From assembly GCA_041749335.1 (NCBI GenBank), contig JBGTBM010000007.1, forward strand, positions 149,957-213,956: a stretch of DNA of 64,000 bases, in the 5' to 3' direction. The notes beneath the pieces were generated by a model. It was not told the DNA's origin and made no database searches. It was given only the letters and a program-made list of their open reading frames with translations. Of the stretch, positions 42,448-53,731 are shown one piece after another. Both the position numbers and the translations under genes were made by a program. Source of the stretch: Patescibacteria group bacterium (GTDB lineage Bacteria; Patescibacteriota; JABMPQ01). Each line of letters begins with the position of its first letter. Within the stretch, counting starts at the first letter, position 1.

Positions 42448-43425
42448 TTAAATTAATCCCACAGATTTTTTTATCTTATCAATATTAGTGGTCGCGAATT
42501 TTTTCGCTTTATCGGCTCCCTCATTAAGAATGTTAATAACATTCTTTTTATTTTTTAATAATTTATTTCTTTTATTTCTGAAATCTGCAAAATAATCAGA
42601 AATTGCGTTGTTTAGTACTTCTTTTAATTCGCTATATTTAATTTTACTGTCTTGAAGTTCATGCTGGAATTTTTGGTAATTATCCGTGCTGCCGAAGATT
42701 TTTAAAAGCCTAAATAAATTTTCCACTCCCGGACTAAGTTTATCAGTTGCTGCCCCGGCATCGGTTATCGCCTTTTTGATTTTTTCTTTAATAAGTTCCG
42801 GAGTGTCGGATAGAGCGATATAGTGTTCCGGTCCTAAACTTTTACTCATTTTTTTCGTGGGATCTTTCAGGCTCATTATTTTGGGCGTTTCGGTCAATAA
42901 AGGTTTTGGTTCTCGGAAAATATTACCAAATTTATGATTGAATTTTCTCGCCAAATCCCTAGCCAGCTCAATGTGCTGTATTTGATCTCTGCCAACCGGT
43001 ATTAGGTCGGCTTGGTATAAAAGGATGTCGGCTGCTTGCAATACCGGATAAGTAAATAAGCCAACATTTATATTTTCTTTAAAGCGTTCTGACTTTTCTT
43101 TAAATTGTGTCATTCTTTTAAGTTCGGCCATAGGCGTCAGGGTATTCAAAATCCATGCGAGCTCGGTGTGTTCCGATACTGCCGACTGGATGAATAATGT
43201 GCATTTTTTCGGATCTATGCCGCAAGCGATAAGGTCAATGGCGGTATTAAGAATATTTTCCGGCATGATTTTAGAGTCAAAGGGAACGGTGAGGGCGTGG
43301 TAATCAACAATACAAAAAATACATTCGTATTTTGATTGCAATTCAACCCAATTTTTTATAGCGCCCAAGTAATTTCCAATATGAATGTTGCCGGTCGGCT
43401 GAATGCCGCTAAAAACTTTATTCAT
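42448..43425 (-). CDS. trpS: Tryptophan--tRNA ligase
   Basis: HIGH-type 'PTGNIHIGNYLGA', 'KMSKS', and class I TrpRS size (325 aa). Confidence 0.9.
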   Translation of the reverse strand: MNKVFSGIQPTGNIHIGNYLGAIKNWVELQSKYECIFCIVDYHALTVPFDSKIMPENILNTAIDLIACGIDPKKCTLFIQSAVSEHTELAWILNTLTPMAELKRMTQFKEKSERFKENINVGLFTYPVLQAADILLYQADLIPVGRDQIQHIELARDLARKFNHKFGNIFREPKPLLTETPKIMSLKDPTKKMSKSLGPEHYIALSDTPELIKEKIKKAITDAGAATDKLSPGVENLFRLLKIFGSTDNYQKFQHELQDSKIKYSELKEVLNNAISDYFADFRNKRNKLLKNKKNVINILNEGADKAKKFATTNIDKIKKSVGLI

Positions 43426-43440
43426 GTTTATAAAAATTAT

Positions 43441-45114
43441 TTATACTTCAATAATTACGGGAAGTACCATCGGTCGGCGTTCAGTTTTTTGGAATAAAAA
43501 TTGTCCGATATCGTCGCGCAGCTTGTTTTTTAAGTAAGTGTAATTAGCTGCGACGCGGTTATCTTTATTCTGCAAAATACTTCTGACTTTTTTTCGAGTT
43601 TGTTCAACCAAAGCCTTTGATTCTTTCATATAAATAAATCCGCGGGAAATTAAATCGGGGCTACCGATCAATTCTCCGGTTTTACCATCAATGGTGGCAA
43701 TGACTACAAACATTCCATCTTCGGCCAGCATTCTGCGGTCTCTGATCACGATATTACTGACATTATTATCTCCCAAGCCGTCTATCATAATCGGATCAGA
43801 TGGCGCCTTTCTCTTGGTCAAATATCCTTTGTTGTCAACGAATTCCATAATCTGGCCATTATCTACAACAAATATATTTTTTTTATCCATGCCGATGCTT
43901 TCTGCCAATTCGCCGTGTAAACTGCACATATAATGGTTGCCATGAATGGGGATTAAATATTTTGGCTTGCACAGCTGAATCATTAATTTTAAATCCTCTT
44001 TTAGCGCGTGGCCGCCAGTATGAACATCCATCATTTTATAGTGGTAAATTTTAGCGCCTAACCTGGCGAGTGCGTCTTTTAGCTTTTGCACGGTACGCTC
44101 ATTTCCGGGAACAACCGATGAAGAGAAAATTATTGTATCTCCTCTTTCAATTTTTACATCGCGGTGTTCATTATTTGACATTCGAACTAAGGCTGCTCTT
44201 TCTTCTCCTTGAGCGCCTGTACAGGCGATAACAACTCTATTTCCCGGTAAATTTTTTGTTTCTTTAATTGATATTAATGTGCCCTTTTTAGTCTTAAAAT
44301 AGCCGAGTTTTTTGGCAATTTCTGCGTTTGATTTCATACTAAATCCATCTAAAGCTAATTTACGATTATATTTTTCCGCCAGCATGGCAATTTGTTGGAG
44401 CCTGGTTAATAAGGAGGAAAAGGTGGCGACAATGATGCGCCCTTTGGTGCTTTCAAAGATTTGATCCAAGTTATTCATAATAGTCTGTTCCGAAATAGAT
44501 CGGCCCTCTTGTTCCGCGCCGGTGCTATCTGACATCAAAGCTAAGACATTTTGTCCTCCCAGCCGAGCGATCTTTGCCATATCTGCCGGTTCATCTCCAA
44601 CGGGCGAAGGGTCAAACTTAAAATCTCCGGTATGTATAATTAATCCTTCGGGTGAGTGAATGGCGACGCCAAAGCCGTCAGGAATATTATGGTTCACTCG
44701 GAAAAATTCAACTTTGAAAGTACCTAGCTTTAATACGTCGCTAAAATCAATGTTATAAATGTTTAATTTCTTTTTATGCTTAAAATCTTCTTGTCTTTTT
44801 TGAATGATGGCACTGGATAATTTAGCCGTAAATATTGTAGGGTTGCCTAATCTATCCATCAGATGGGGGATAGCCCCAATATGGTCATAATGCGCGTGGG
44901 TGATAATCACGCCCCTGATGAAATTTTCTTTGCCTTTGAGGTAGGAAATATCGGGAATAATATAGTCAATTCCCGGCTGGTCCTCTTCAGGAAACTGCAG
45001 ACCCATATCAACAATAATTATATCGCGATCATACTCAAAAATTGTCATATTTCTGCCAATTTCTTCTACGCCTCCCAGGGGGATAATTTTTAATTTTGGT
45101 GGTTGTCTTTTCAT
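43441..45114 (-). CDS. rnj: Ribonuclease J (metallo-beta-lactamase / beta-CASP)
   Basis: 'HAHYDHIGAIPHL' (HxHxDH), a beta-CASP region, and 557 aa. Confidence 0.85.
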   Translation of the reverse strand: MKRQPPKLKIIPLGGVEEIGRNMTIFEYDRDIIIVDMGLQFPEEDQPGIDYIIPDISYLKGKENFIRGVIITHAHYDHIGAIPHLMDRLGNPTIFTAKLSSAIIQKRQEDFKHKKKLNIYNIDFSDVLKLGTFKVEFFRVNHNIPDGFGVAIHSPEGLIIHTGDFKFDPSPVGDEPADMAKIARLGGQNVLALMSDSTGAEQEGRSISEQTIMNNLDQIFESTKGRIIVATFSSLLTRLQQIAMLAEKYNRKLALDGFSMKSNAEIAKKLGYFKTKKGTLISIKETKNLPGNRVVIACTGAQGEERAALVRMSNNEHRDVKIERGDTIIFSSSVVPGNERTVQKLKDALARLGAKIYHYKMMDVHTGGHALKEDLKLMIQLCKPKYLIPIHGNHYMCSLHGELAESIGMDKKNIFVVDNGQIMEFVDNKGYLTKRKAPSDPIMIDGLGDNNVSNIVIRDRRMLAEDGMFVVIATIDGKTGELIGSPDLISRGFIYMKESKALVEQTRKKVRSILQNKDNRVAANYTYLKNKLRDDIGQFLFQKTERRPMVLPVIIEV

Positions 45115-45212
45115 ATTTTAATTGTTAATAACAAAAAATTTTTATTATAATAAATTGAATAATAAATAATTCATAAAGATTGTCTGAATTGTTTTTTTAG
45201 TGGGGAGTAAGT

Positions 45213-46976
45213 TTATTTCCAGCGCCTATTGATTTCGACGAACCAATTTTTGATGTCTGTGAACCGATCGCTGGGAATGGTAATAAAATCCAGTTCTACG
45301 CCCCTAATTTTTTTATTTAGTCCGTAAGGATAGGTAGGACTACAGATAAATAATGCCGGCAATTCTTCGGCCATTATATTTTGAAAATGTATATACTTAG
45401 TTTGGCGCTCTTCTGCCTTATTGGTTTTTCTCGCAGTTTCCAACAGATCGTCAGCAGTTTTATCTTTAAAAGACGTTAAATTTAAGCCTGGATCGTTTCT
45501 TTGCGATGAATGCCAAAAAGGATAAGGATCGGGATCATGGCCTAAAAGCTGCCCATAAAGCAAAATTTCATAATTTCTTGATCGTAAATAATCAGTTTGC
45601 AGTTCCGTCGGATCTAACGCTTTAATCTTAACATTTATGCCGATTTCTTTCCATTGTTTTTTTAAGATATCTGATAATTCTGAAAATTCCTTTTGATTGG
45701 TGGTGGTAATCGTCAATTCTAGAGCCTTGCCATCTTTTTCTCTTATTCCTTCTTTATTTATCTTATTGAAACCGAATTTATGCAACAATTCTCCGGCCTT
45801 ATCTTTATTATATTCATATTTTTTTATTTCCGGGTTATAGCCCAAAAAATTTTCTAAAATAGGAGAATCAATTTCTACGCCTTGTCCGCCGAATACCGCT
45901 TCAATAATTTCTTGTTTGTTTGTTCCGTAGGCCAGAGCTTGCCTTATTTCTTTGCTACCCAGTAAATCATTTTTAGGCTGATTGAAAAATAAAGCGTAAT
46001 ATCGAGGTAGTCTTAAATTATAGAAAAAAAGCTGATTTTTAACTTCGGGTTTAATATTTTCTATTTCTTCCGAGGGGATAAAGCTGATGTTATCGATTTC
46101 TTCTTTATTCAAAGCATTTATCAATTCAGAATAATCATCGTAAAATTTGAAAGTAATATTGTCGATATAAGGCGATCCGGCAAAATATTCTTGATATCTT
46201 TCGAGAGTGTATGAAGCGATTATGCCGCTTCTTTTATCCTTTTTGAACTCTTTGAATTTGAAAGGGCCGGATCCGATTGGATTTAAATTATATTCTGATA
46301 AAAGAGATTTATTGGGAGATACATCTTCCCAAATATGTTTGGGGATAATTCCAAAAGTGGTACTCTCTTTAAGAAAGGGGGAAAGCGCTTCTCCGGTCAA
46401 AGTGAATGTCACGGTATAATCATCTATTTTCTTTATTGCCACATTTTCAAAATTGGGCAAATAAGAACTTTGAAAATCAGGATTTTTTATAGTTTGTACG
46501 GTAAAAACAACATCGTCGGCATTAAGCGGCTCTCCGTCGTGCCATTTAATATTCTGCTTGAGCTTAAAAGTATAGTTTTTATTATCTTCGGATACTTCGT
46601 AGCTCTCAGCGATATCCGGCGCTAATTCTTGATTGCTGTCATATTTCATTAGTCCGGAAAAAATTAAACCGGCAAGATCCATATCGACATCATTGGCGGA
46701 TGATAATAGCGGGTTAATATATTGAGGGCGTCCCACAATACCTTCAACAAAATTGCCGCCAAAATCAGGTTTAATATCCACATGTCGGGCATATATATTA
46801 AAAAATATAAAAGAAGATGATGCCAAGGCAGCGCAAAACAAAAACAAAATTATCACTTTTTCCTGTTTGGTTAGTACATGGGAGAGGTATTTTAAGCGGA
46901 TTTTTTTCTTTTTGTCCTCCTTATTAATCTTCTTTTTCTTAAATAAAAACGAAGAAATGCTATTTAAGGATTTCAT
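45213..46976 (-). CDS. ABC transporter substrate-binding protein, family 5 (peptide/nickel-type), membrane-anchored
   Basis: An N-terminal TM helix, about 587 aa, with overall similarity to the OppA/DppA fold ('GSGPFKF', 'NLRLPRY'). Confidence 0.55.
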   Translation of the reverse strand: MKSLNSISSFLFKKKKINKEDKKKKIRLKYLSHVLTKQEKVIILFLFCAALASSSFIFFNIYARHVDIKPDFGGNFVEGIVGRPQYINPLLSSANDVDMDLAGLIFSGLMKYDSNQELAPDIAESYEVSEDNKNYTFKLKQNIKWHDGEPLNADDVVFTVQTIKNPDFQSSYLPNFENVAIKKIDDYTVTFTLTGEALSPFLKESTTFGIIPKHIWEDVSPNKSLLSEYNLNPIGSGPFKFKEFKKDKRSGIIASYTLERYQEYFAGSPYIDNITFKFYDDYSELINALNKEEIDNISFIPSEEIENIKPEVKNQLFFYNLRLPRYYALFFNQPKNDLLGSKEIRQALAYGTNKQEIIEAVFGGQGVEIDSPILENFLGYNPEIKKYEYNKDKAGELLHKFGFNKINKEGIREKDGKALELTITTTNQKEFSELSDILKKQWKEIGINVKIKALDPTELQTDYLRSRNYEILLYGQLLGHDPDPYPFWHSSQRNDPGLNLTSFKDKTADDLLETARKTNKAEERQTKYIHFQNIMAEELPALFICSPTYPYGLNKKIRGVELDFITIPSDRFTDIKNWFVEINRRWK

Positions 46977-46984
46977 TAATTTAG

Positions 46985-47206
46985 TTATATGAATAAGTTG
47001 ATGAAGGCGATGCCTAAAAATGATACCGCCAAAACCACGGTTATAATGAAGATGGTTTTTTCGGCGCCTCGTCGGGCTTTAAAAATATTGCCTTCTCCGC
47101 CTCCGCCGAATGTTTGCGATAAGCCGACTCCTTTATTTTGAATAAGGATCACGGCAATAAGCGCGATGGATATAATTATTTGGATTATACTGATTGCTTT
47201 ATTCAT
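46985..47206 (-). CDS. secG: Preprotein translocase subunit SecG
   Basis: 73 aa with two TM helices and the 'QNKGVGLS..FGGGG' glycine loop. Confidence 0.75.
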   Translation of the reverse strand: MNKAISIIQIIISIALIAVILIQNKGVGLSQTFGGGGEGNIFKARRGAEKTIFIITVVLAVSFLGIAFINLFI

Positions 47207-47298
47207 TATGATTATTACTAATTAAGTGTTGAATAGAATTTATCACTACTTATAGTTTTTGTCAATCTAACTGTATTTTTCATAATTTATAAAAAGGG

Positions 47299-47327
47299 TT
47301 GATTATTTTTTAAAAATATGTTACAAT
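47299..47327 (+). promoter_or_regulatory. Sigma70-like promoter (-35 TTGATT, 17 nt spacer, -10 TACAAT)
   Basis: About 55 nt upstream of 47384. Followed by the same A-rich leader motif as the copy-1 paralog. Confidence 0.5.
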
Positions 47328-47383
47328 TTAAATAAGAAATTGAAAGACTTTTTCTATAAAAAACAAAAATAAAAATAAAAAAT

Positions 47384-48457
47384 ATGAAGAAACTAATTAT
47401 GCTTTTTGGCGCGATGGCTCTGATTTTTAGCACATTATTTGTGCTAACAGCAGTAGCTTTGGCGTCAGATGCCGATTTATTGCAGCCGGCATCAACAGTC
47501 ACTTATAATGAGGATTTGAACGTGAATGGTACCGGAAGATTCAATTCCGTTTATATCGGATCCGAAGGAGTGGGGGGAGTAACTTTCTTTAATGGAACGA
47601 TCGTAAATGTGGGAGAATATGTGCCGGTTACTTTTGGCGATGATGTTCGTATTGATGGTCAGATCTGGGGCGGACCCAATAAGGGCAATGTTTCCGATCA
47701 GGCTCTAAAAATCGCCGATACTCTGCTTCCCGGGCTTACCAACGCCAATGATCTTGGATCTGACAGTTTAAAATGGAGAAATCTTTATTTGGCCGGCGTT
47801 TTATACGGCAATAATGTAAATTTGGATGGAACGTTAAGTGCTACGGATCTGCTTTATTCCGGTAATCTTTATGGCAACCATGCAAATTTAAATGGAACAT
47901 TGACAATGCAGCCTGCTGGAGATTCGCCGAAAACCCGCATAACTTTATCTAATCAATTAATAACACAAAATCAAGCCGAAAATAGCGCTTTCAAAGCGCA
48001 AGGTTTACGTTTTGAAAATTATGCTGAAAAATACGATATGAGCTTTGGAAAACAAGTGATTACGAATTTTGGTAATTCAGGCCAAGATATCGTTTTACAT
48101 GGCTTGCAGGGAATGAACGATAATCAGACAAATCTCTTATATATGGGATTGGTCAAGGGATACCCGGATTATGACTCAGTTTTATGGAGTGCTGATATAT
48201 CCGGCGAAGATAATGCCAGATTGGGTATTTTAGCGAATGATATTGATATCAAAGCAAGGTCAATCTACATGGAAGATTTGAAAACAATGCGTTTTGAAGG
48301 GGTTGATGTAAAAGATAATGGGGATACAAAATGCGAGGTTAAAATTGAGGGTGAATGGAAGGATGTTATGCCCGGTACTTTGTTGCGAGGGAATGATGGA
48401 ATTAATACCAAGTTGCGTTATTGTGAATCCAATAAGTGGGAAGATCTATATCCATAA
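47384..48457 (+). CDS. Secreted hypothetical protein, paralog family A (copy 2)
   Basis: Signal peptide 'VALA|SDAD', the same conserved N-terminal block as 41451..42446, and repeated 'GN..NL.GTL' beta-strand-like repeats. Confidence 0.6.
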   Translation: MKKLIMLFGAMALIFSTLFVLTAVALASDADLLQPASTVTYNEDLNVNGTGRFNSVYIGSEGVGGVTFFNGTIVNVGEYVPVTFGDDVRIDGQIWGGPNKGNVSDQALKIADTLLPGLTNANDLGSDSLKWRNLYLAGVLYGNNVNLDGTLSATDLLYSGNLYGNHANLNGTLTMQPAGDSPKTRITLSNQLITQNQAENSAFKAQGLRFENYAEKYDMSFGKQVITNFGNSGQDIVLHGLQGMNDNQTNLLYMGLVKGYPDYDSVLWSADISGEDNARLGILANDIDIKARSIYMEDLKTMRFEGVDVKDNGDTKCEVKIEGEWKDVMPGTLLRGNDGINTKLRYCESNKWEDLYP

Positions 48458-48484
48458 AAAAAATAATTTTAAAAAACAGGTCCA

Positions 48485-48512
48485 TCCGGGATCTGTTTTT
48501 TTATTGAGTTAA
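48485..48512. terminator. Bidirectional intrinsic terminator between paralog copy 2 and uvrC
   Basis: A 9 bp stem AACAGGTCC/GGATCTGTT, with an A-run upstream and a T7 run downstream. Confidence 0.55.
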
Positions 48513-50126
48513 GTTTTTTGACCTTAATTTTTTGTGGTAGGTAATCGCAAAGCGATGGGCTTCGTCTCTGATTCTTTGCAATAATTTTAACGTGTCGGAA
48601 TATTTATTTAAACTAATAGGATTTTTTTTATGAGTAAGAAATACTTTTTCTTCTTTCTTCGCCAAAGCAATTAAGGGCATAGCCAGTTTTTTTGCCGTTA
48701 GTAGATTCTTTATTTGATTAAGCTGCGGTTTGCCGCCGTCTAAAATAATTAAATCGGGATAAGGCCAGGAAATATTTTTTAATCTTCTTGCAATAATTTC
48801 TTTCATCATGGCAACATCATTGGCGCCGCGGACGGTCTTTATCTTAAATTTGCGATATTCTTTTTTATCAGCCTGCCCGTTCGTGAAGACTACCATTGAT
48901 CCTACGGCCAAAACCCCTTGAATATTTGAAATGTCGTAGCATTCTATCCTTTTGGGAAGGTTGGTCAAATATAATGAGGTTTTTAAATTTTGTAATATTT
49001 TTTGGTTTTTGGAATTTATCGTCGGTCCGATTTTTTTTGCTAAGAAATTTCTGGCATTTTGAATACCCAGATTTATTATTGCTTTTTTCTTGCCGCGCAC
49101 CGCCTGAATAATCTTTAATTTTTTATGGGCTTTTTTGCTTAGGAGTAAGGCAAGAGGGGCAGCATTCGGGATTGCCGCTTGAGTGATAATCTCCTTCGGA
49201 AAATCAAAAGCATGCAGATAATATTCTTTAATAAATGATTCCAGCAATACATGTTCGGAAAATTTTCCCAAATTATCAATAACAAAATTTTCCTTGCCGA
49301 TTATTTTACCTTCACGAACGATAAAAACATTTACGTAATAATTATGGCGGTATTTTATATAAGCGATATAATCTTGACTTTCATTTTTGGTAGAAATCAC
49401 AGATTGCTTTTCAATAATTTTGGTTAAATCGGAGATTTGATCTCTAAGCATGGCCGCCTTTTCGTAATTTTTGCTGCGGCTCGCGAGCGTCATTTGCGAG
49501 CCTAGTTTTTTAATTATCGCGGAACGTTTTCCCAATAAAAAAAGTTCACAATTTCGGATAATATTGTTATATTCGTCTTTATTTATTGCGCCGATGCAGG
49601 GAGCTAGGCATTGTTTAATGTGGTATTTCAGGCACGCTTGATTTTTTCCAAATAAATTTTCACTGCAATCACGGTAAGGAAATAATTTTCGCAGCATTTT
49701 TAAAGTTTGTCTGACTGCTTGTCCGTCCGTGAAAGGCCCAAAATAAGCGGATTGGTTGTCGTCAATTTTTCTTACGGTATAAATTTTGGGATATTCGTTG
49801 AGATTATCAATTTTAATGTATAAATAATTTTTATCATCCTTGAGCCTGATATTATAAAGGGGGCGATATTGTTTGATTAAATTTGACTCCAGTAAAAGCG
49901 CTTCGTATTCATTTTTGGTGATAATATAATCAATATCCGCGATTTTATTTATCATATTGATTTTTCCGGCTTCCAAATAATTTGATTTGAGAAAATACGA
50001 ATTAATTCTATTTTTAAGAATTTTCGCTTTGCCAACATAAATAACCCGGCCCTCACTGTTTTTAAAAAGATAAACGCCGGGTTTCAGGGGAATATTTATT
50101 AAGACATTTGCAATATTTTTGGTCAT
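48501..50126 (-). CDS. uvrC: Excinuclease ABC subunit C
   Basis: GIY-YIG 'GVYLFKNSEGRVIYVGKAKILKNRINSY', the UvrC family middle region, and a C-terminal RNase H-like/HhH. Confidence 0.85.
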   Translation of the reverse strand: MTKNIANVLINIPLKPGVYLFKNSEGRVIYVGKAKILKNRINSYFLKSNYLEAGKINMINKIADIDYIITKNEYEALLLESNLIKQYRPLYNIRLKDDKNYLYIKIDNLNEYPKIYTVRKIDDNQSAYFGPFTDGQAVRQTLKMLRKLFPYRDCSENLFGKNQACLKYHIKQCLAPCIGAINKDEYNNIIRNCELFLLGKRSAIIKKLGSQMTLASRSKNYEKAAMLRDQISDLTKIIEKQSVISTKNESQDYIAYIKYRHNYYVNVFIVREGKIIGKENFVIDNLGKFSEHVLLESFIKEYYLHAFDFPKEIITQAAIPNAAPLALLLSKKAHKKLKIIQAVRGKKKAIINLGIQNARNFLAKKIGPTINSKNQKILQNLKTSLYLTNLPKRIECYDISNIQGVLAVGSMVVFTNGQADKKEYRKFKIKTVRGANDVAMMKEIIARRLKNISWPYPDLIILDGGKPQLNQIKNLLTAKKLAMPLIALAKKEEKVFLTHKKNPISLNKYSDTLKLLQRIRDEAHRFAITYHKKLRSKNLTQ

Positions 50127-50182
50127 ATTGATAGTTTAAAAATAAAATTCGTATTTAACAAGAATATTTGTGTAAAAAACTA

Positions 50183-50211
50183 TTGACATACACTAATAAT
50201 GTGTTTAAGAT
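50183..50211 (+). promoter_or_regulatory. Sigma70-like promoter upstream of rpoB (-35 TTGACA, 17 nt spacer, -10 TAAGAT)
   Basis: A consensus -35 with correct spacing, about 85 nt upstream of the rpoB ATG. The ribosome-binding site AAGAAAGAGAG precedes the start. Confidence 0.45.
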
Positions 50212-50296
50212 TAACCTATGCTAAAATTAAATATGTAATAAACGCCTTCTATTTTATAAAGGCTCATTCTTTAATATAAGAAAGAGAGTTATTTTT

Positions 50297-53200
50297 ATGC
50301 TACAAAAAATGTCAATTTTAAACATGCCCATGTCAAAAAGAAAATTTTTTACCAAAAAGCACGAAATAATTGATCTGCCACCCCTTACCGAAATTCAAAT
50401 CGATTCATATGAATGGTTCCTAAGAGAAGGAATGATGGAGCTATTTAATGAAATATCTCCGATTAAAGATTTTACCGAGAAAAAATTCGATCTTAATTTC
50501 ACCGATTTCTTAATTGATGAACCTAAGATGGATGAAAGATTAGCGAAATCAAAAAACGCCACATTTGAAGCTGCCGTGAGAGCTAAGGTGCAGCTTATTA
50601 ATAAAGAAACGGGAGAAATTAAGGAACAAGAAATATATTTAGGCGAGTTCCCCTTAATGACCGATCGAGGAACTTTTATTGTTAATGGCGTGGAGAGAGT
50701 AGTGGTTAGCCAATTGATCCGCTCTCCCGGTGTTATTTTTACTATGCAGGAAAATAAAGGCGAAAGATTGTTTGGCGCTAAAGTTATTCCTAATCGCGGC
50801 GCTTGGTTGGAATTTGAAACCGATTATCACGGTGTAATTAATGTTAAAATTGATCGCAAAAGGAAAGTTCCCGCCACTTCATTAATGAAAGCTTTCGGCA
50901 TTGGCCTTGATAAAGAGCTTAAGACAATATTTAAGGATGTTGATACTCATCCCGATAAAAAATATATCGCAGCAACCCTGGAAAAAGATTTGGCTAAGAA
51001 TGAAAATGACGGACTGATTGAAGTTTATAAAAGAATCAGGCCGGGTGATTTGGCTACCGCAGATAATGCCAGATCATTAATTGAAGCGATGTTTTTCAAT
51101 TTTGAAAGATATGATTTAGGCAAGGTGGGACGATTTAAAATGAACCAGCGGCTAGGTATAGATATTCCGATCAATAAAAAAACCAGAGTATTTAGAAGAG
51201 AAGATTTAGTGCTTTTGATAAAAGAGATAATCAGATTAAATGTGCTTGACGGCAAGCCGGATGATATTGATCATTTAGGCAATAGGCGTTTGCGCGCTGT
51301 CGGAGAATTAGTGCAAAATAAACTAAGAATAGGTTTAACCCGCATGGTGAGAATTGCCCGGGATCGAATGAGCACCATTGATCCGGAAACTTTAACTCCA
51401 GCCCAGCTGATAAATGCCAGACCGATTATTGCTGCCGTGAGAGAATTTTTCATGTCTTCACAGCTATCGCAATTTATGGATCAGACAAATCCTTTATCCG
51501 AATTGGAACATAAAAGAAGAGTATCGGCTATGGGGCCGGGCGGATTATCCCGAGAAAGAGCGGGCTTTGATGTCCGCGATGTGCATCGATCTCATTATGG
51601 CAGAATTTGTCCGATTGCTACTTCGGAAGGTCCTAATATTGGATTGGTCGGACATATTTCATCCTACGCAAGAGTCAATGAATATGGATTTATCGAAACC
51701 CCTTATCGCAGAGTGGCCAGAGAGTTTAGCTTAAAAGATCTTGATCGGGCCGTGGGGGAATATACATATAAAGATATTGAAGATCCTAAAACCAAAAAAG
51801 TATTAATTCCGGCTGAAAGCAAAATTACTCATGAAGATGTAAAGAAACTTAAAAAATCAAATATAGAATCTTTGGTCGTTAAATCGCGAGTGACCGATGA
51901 GATAGTTTATCTTGATGCGTTTGAAGAAGAGCAGGCGATTACTACGCCGGCCACCACGCCGATTGATGAAAATGGATTCTTTGCTAATAAGCGAGCCGAA
52001 GTAAGAGTGAAGGGCGAACCTTCACTGGAAGCTACCGGAAAAATTGAATATATGGATGTTTCTCCCCGCCAGATTATCAGCGTGGCTACTTCGATTATTC
52101 CCTTTTTGGAAAATGATGATGCTAATCGCGCCTTGATGGGAACCAATATGCAGCGTCAAGCGGTTCCTTGTATAAAGCCACAAGCTCCAATTATCGGAAC
52201 GGGCGTTGAAGGCAGAGTGGCTAAGGATTCGGGAGCGGTCGCGATAGCAAAAAAAAGCGGAGAAGTAATTGAATTGAGTTCAGATCTAATCAAGGTTATG
52301 AGCGATGATGGCGAAGTGATTGAATATAAGCTTCATAGTTTTGTCAGATCAAATACTTCCACTTGTATAAATCAGCGGCCAATTGTAAATATCGGTGATA
52401 AATTAAAAAAGGGACAAATAATTGCCGATGGTCCCGCGGTGGAAAATGGAGAATTGGCGCTGGGGCAGAATCTATTGGTGGCATTCATGTCATGGCATGG
52501 CGGTAATTTTGAAGATGCAATTTTAATTTCAGATCGTGTTTTGAGAGACGATCGTTATACTTCAATACACATTGAGGATTTTTCGGTTGACGTGAGAGAT
52601 ACCAAGCTTGGACCCGAAGTTGTGACCAGAGATATTCCCAATGTTGGAGAGGAAAAACTAAAAGACTTAGACGAAGAAGGAATTGTAAGATTAGGAGCAG
52701 ACGTTTCTTCGGGCGATATTTTGGTTGGAAAAATTACGCCCAAAGGAGAAACTGAACTAACCGCGGAAGAAAGATTATTGCGAGCTATTTTTGGCGAAAA
52801 GGCGCGCGATGTTAAAGATTCATCCTTATATCTTGAGCATGGCGAGCAAGGCAAAGTTGTGGATATTAAAATATTTTCACGCGAGGCCGGCGATAAGCTT
52901 CCCACCGGTGTCATTAAAACTATTCAAGTTTCCATCGCGCAGATGAGAAAGATCCAGGTGGGTGATAAGCTGGCCGGACGCCATGGAAATAAAGGTGTAA
53001 TTTCAAAAATAGTCCCGGCGGAAGATATGCCTCACTTGGAAGACGGCACTCCGGTTGATGTTGTTTTAAATCCTTTGGGAGTGGCATCGCGTATGAATTT
53101 GGGCCAAATATTGGAAACTCATTTGGGCTGGGCCGCTAAAAAATTGGGCTATACGGTAGCTACGCCGGCACTAGACGGTTTATCCGAAAAAATGATAAAA

Positions 53201-53692
53201 GTTGAATTGAAAAAAGCGGGAATTCCGGAAGATGGAAAGGTGCAGTTGACAGACGGCAAAACCGGAGAAAAATTTACCGAAAGAACAACCGTGGGCATTA
53301 TGTATATTTTAAAACTTTATCATTTAGTTGAAGATAAAATCCATCAACGTTCTATTGGACCATACTCATTGATTACCCAACAGCCATTGGGCGGTAAAGC
53401 TCAATTCGGCGGCCAAAGATTTGGAGAAATGGAAGTGTGGGCTCTGGAAGCTTATGGCGCCGCTCATACTTTGCAGGAAATGCTGACTATCAAGTCCGAC
53501 GATGTCTTGGGAAGATCAAAAACTTATGAAGCCATTATTAAGGGCGAGGAAATTAAAAAACCCAATATCCCCGAATCTTTTGGCGTATTAATTAAAGAAT
53601 TAAAAAGCTTGGCGCTTGATGTAGAACTGGTGGAAAGTGATGAGAAGAAGAAAGAGCGGGAAAGGAAAGAGCGGTTCAGAAGTAAAAAATAA
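50297..53692 (+). CDS. rpoB: DNA-directed RNA polymerase subunit beta
   Basis: Multiple invariant RpoB blocks ('[20 protein letters not shown]', 'GPNIGLV', 'NMQRQAVP', '[12 protein letters not shown]', '[27 protein letters not shown]'). Confidence 0.95.
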   Translation: MLQKMSILNMPMSKRKFFTKKHEIIDLPPLTEIQIDSYEWFLREGMMELFNEISPIKDFTEKKFDLNFTDFLIDEPKMDERLAKSKNATFEAAVRAKVQLINKETGEIKEQEIYLGEFPLMTDRGTFIVNGVERVVVSQLIRSPGVIFTMQENKGERLFGAKVIPNRGAWLEFETDYHGVINVKIDRKRKVPATSLMKAFGIGLDKELKTIFKDVDTHPDKKYIAATLEKDLAKNENDGLIEVYKRIRPGDLATADNARSLIEAMFFNFERYDLGKVGRFKMNQRLGIDIPINKKTRVFRREDLVLLIKEIIRLNVLDGKPDDIDHLGNRRLRAVGELVQNKLRIGLTRMVRIARDRMSTIDPETLTPAQLINARPIIAAVREFFMSSQLSQFMDQTNPLSELEHKRRVSAMGPGGLSRERAGFDVRDVHRSHYGRICPIATSEGPNIGLVGHISSYARVNEYGFIETPYRRVAREFSLKDLDRAVGEYTYKDIEDPKTKKVLIPAESKITHEDVKKLKKSNIESLVVKSRVTDEIVYLDAFEEEQAITTPATTPIDENGFFANKRAEVRVKGEPSLEATGKIEYMDVSPRQIISVATSIIPFLENDDANRALMGTNMQRQAVPCIKPQAPIIGTGVEGRVAKDSGAVAIAKKSGEVIELSSDLIKVMSDDGEVIEYKLHSFVRSNTSTCINQRPIVNIGDKLKKGQIIADGPAVENGELALGQNLLVAFMSWHGGNFEDAILISDRVLRDDRYTSIHIEDFSVDVRDTKLGPEVVTRDIPNVGEEKLKDLDEEGIVRLGADVSSGDILVGKITPKGETELTAEERLLRAIFGEKARDVKDSSLYLEHGEQGKVVDIKIFSREAGDKLPTGVIKTIQVSIAQMRKIQVGDKLAGRHGNKGVISKIVPAEDMPHLEDGTPVDVVLNPLGVASRMNLGQILETHLGWAAKKLGYTVATPALDGLSEKMIKVELKKAGIPEDGKVQLTDGKTGEKFTERTTVGIMYILKLYHLVEDKIHQRSIGPYSLITQQPLGGKAQFGGQRFGEMEVWALEAYGAAHTLQEMLTIKSDDVLGRSKTYEAIIKGEEIKKPNIPESFGVLIKELKSLALDVELVESDEKKKERERKERFRSKK

Positions 53693-53731
53693 TTATTATT
53701 TAATTTATAAAAATTTAAATATTAAAAATAT

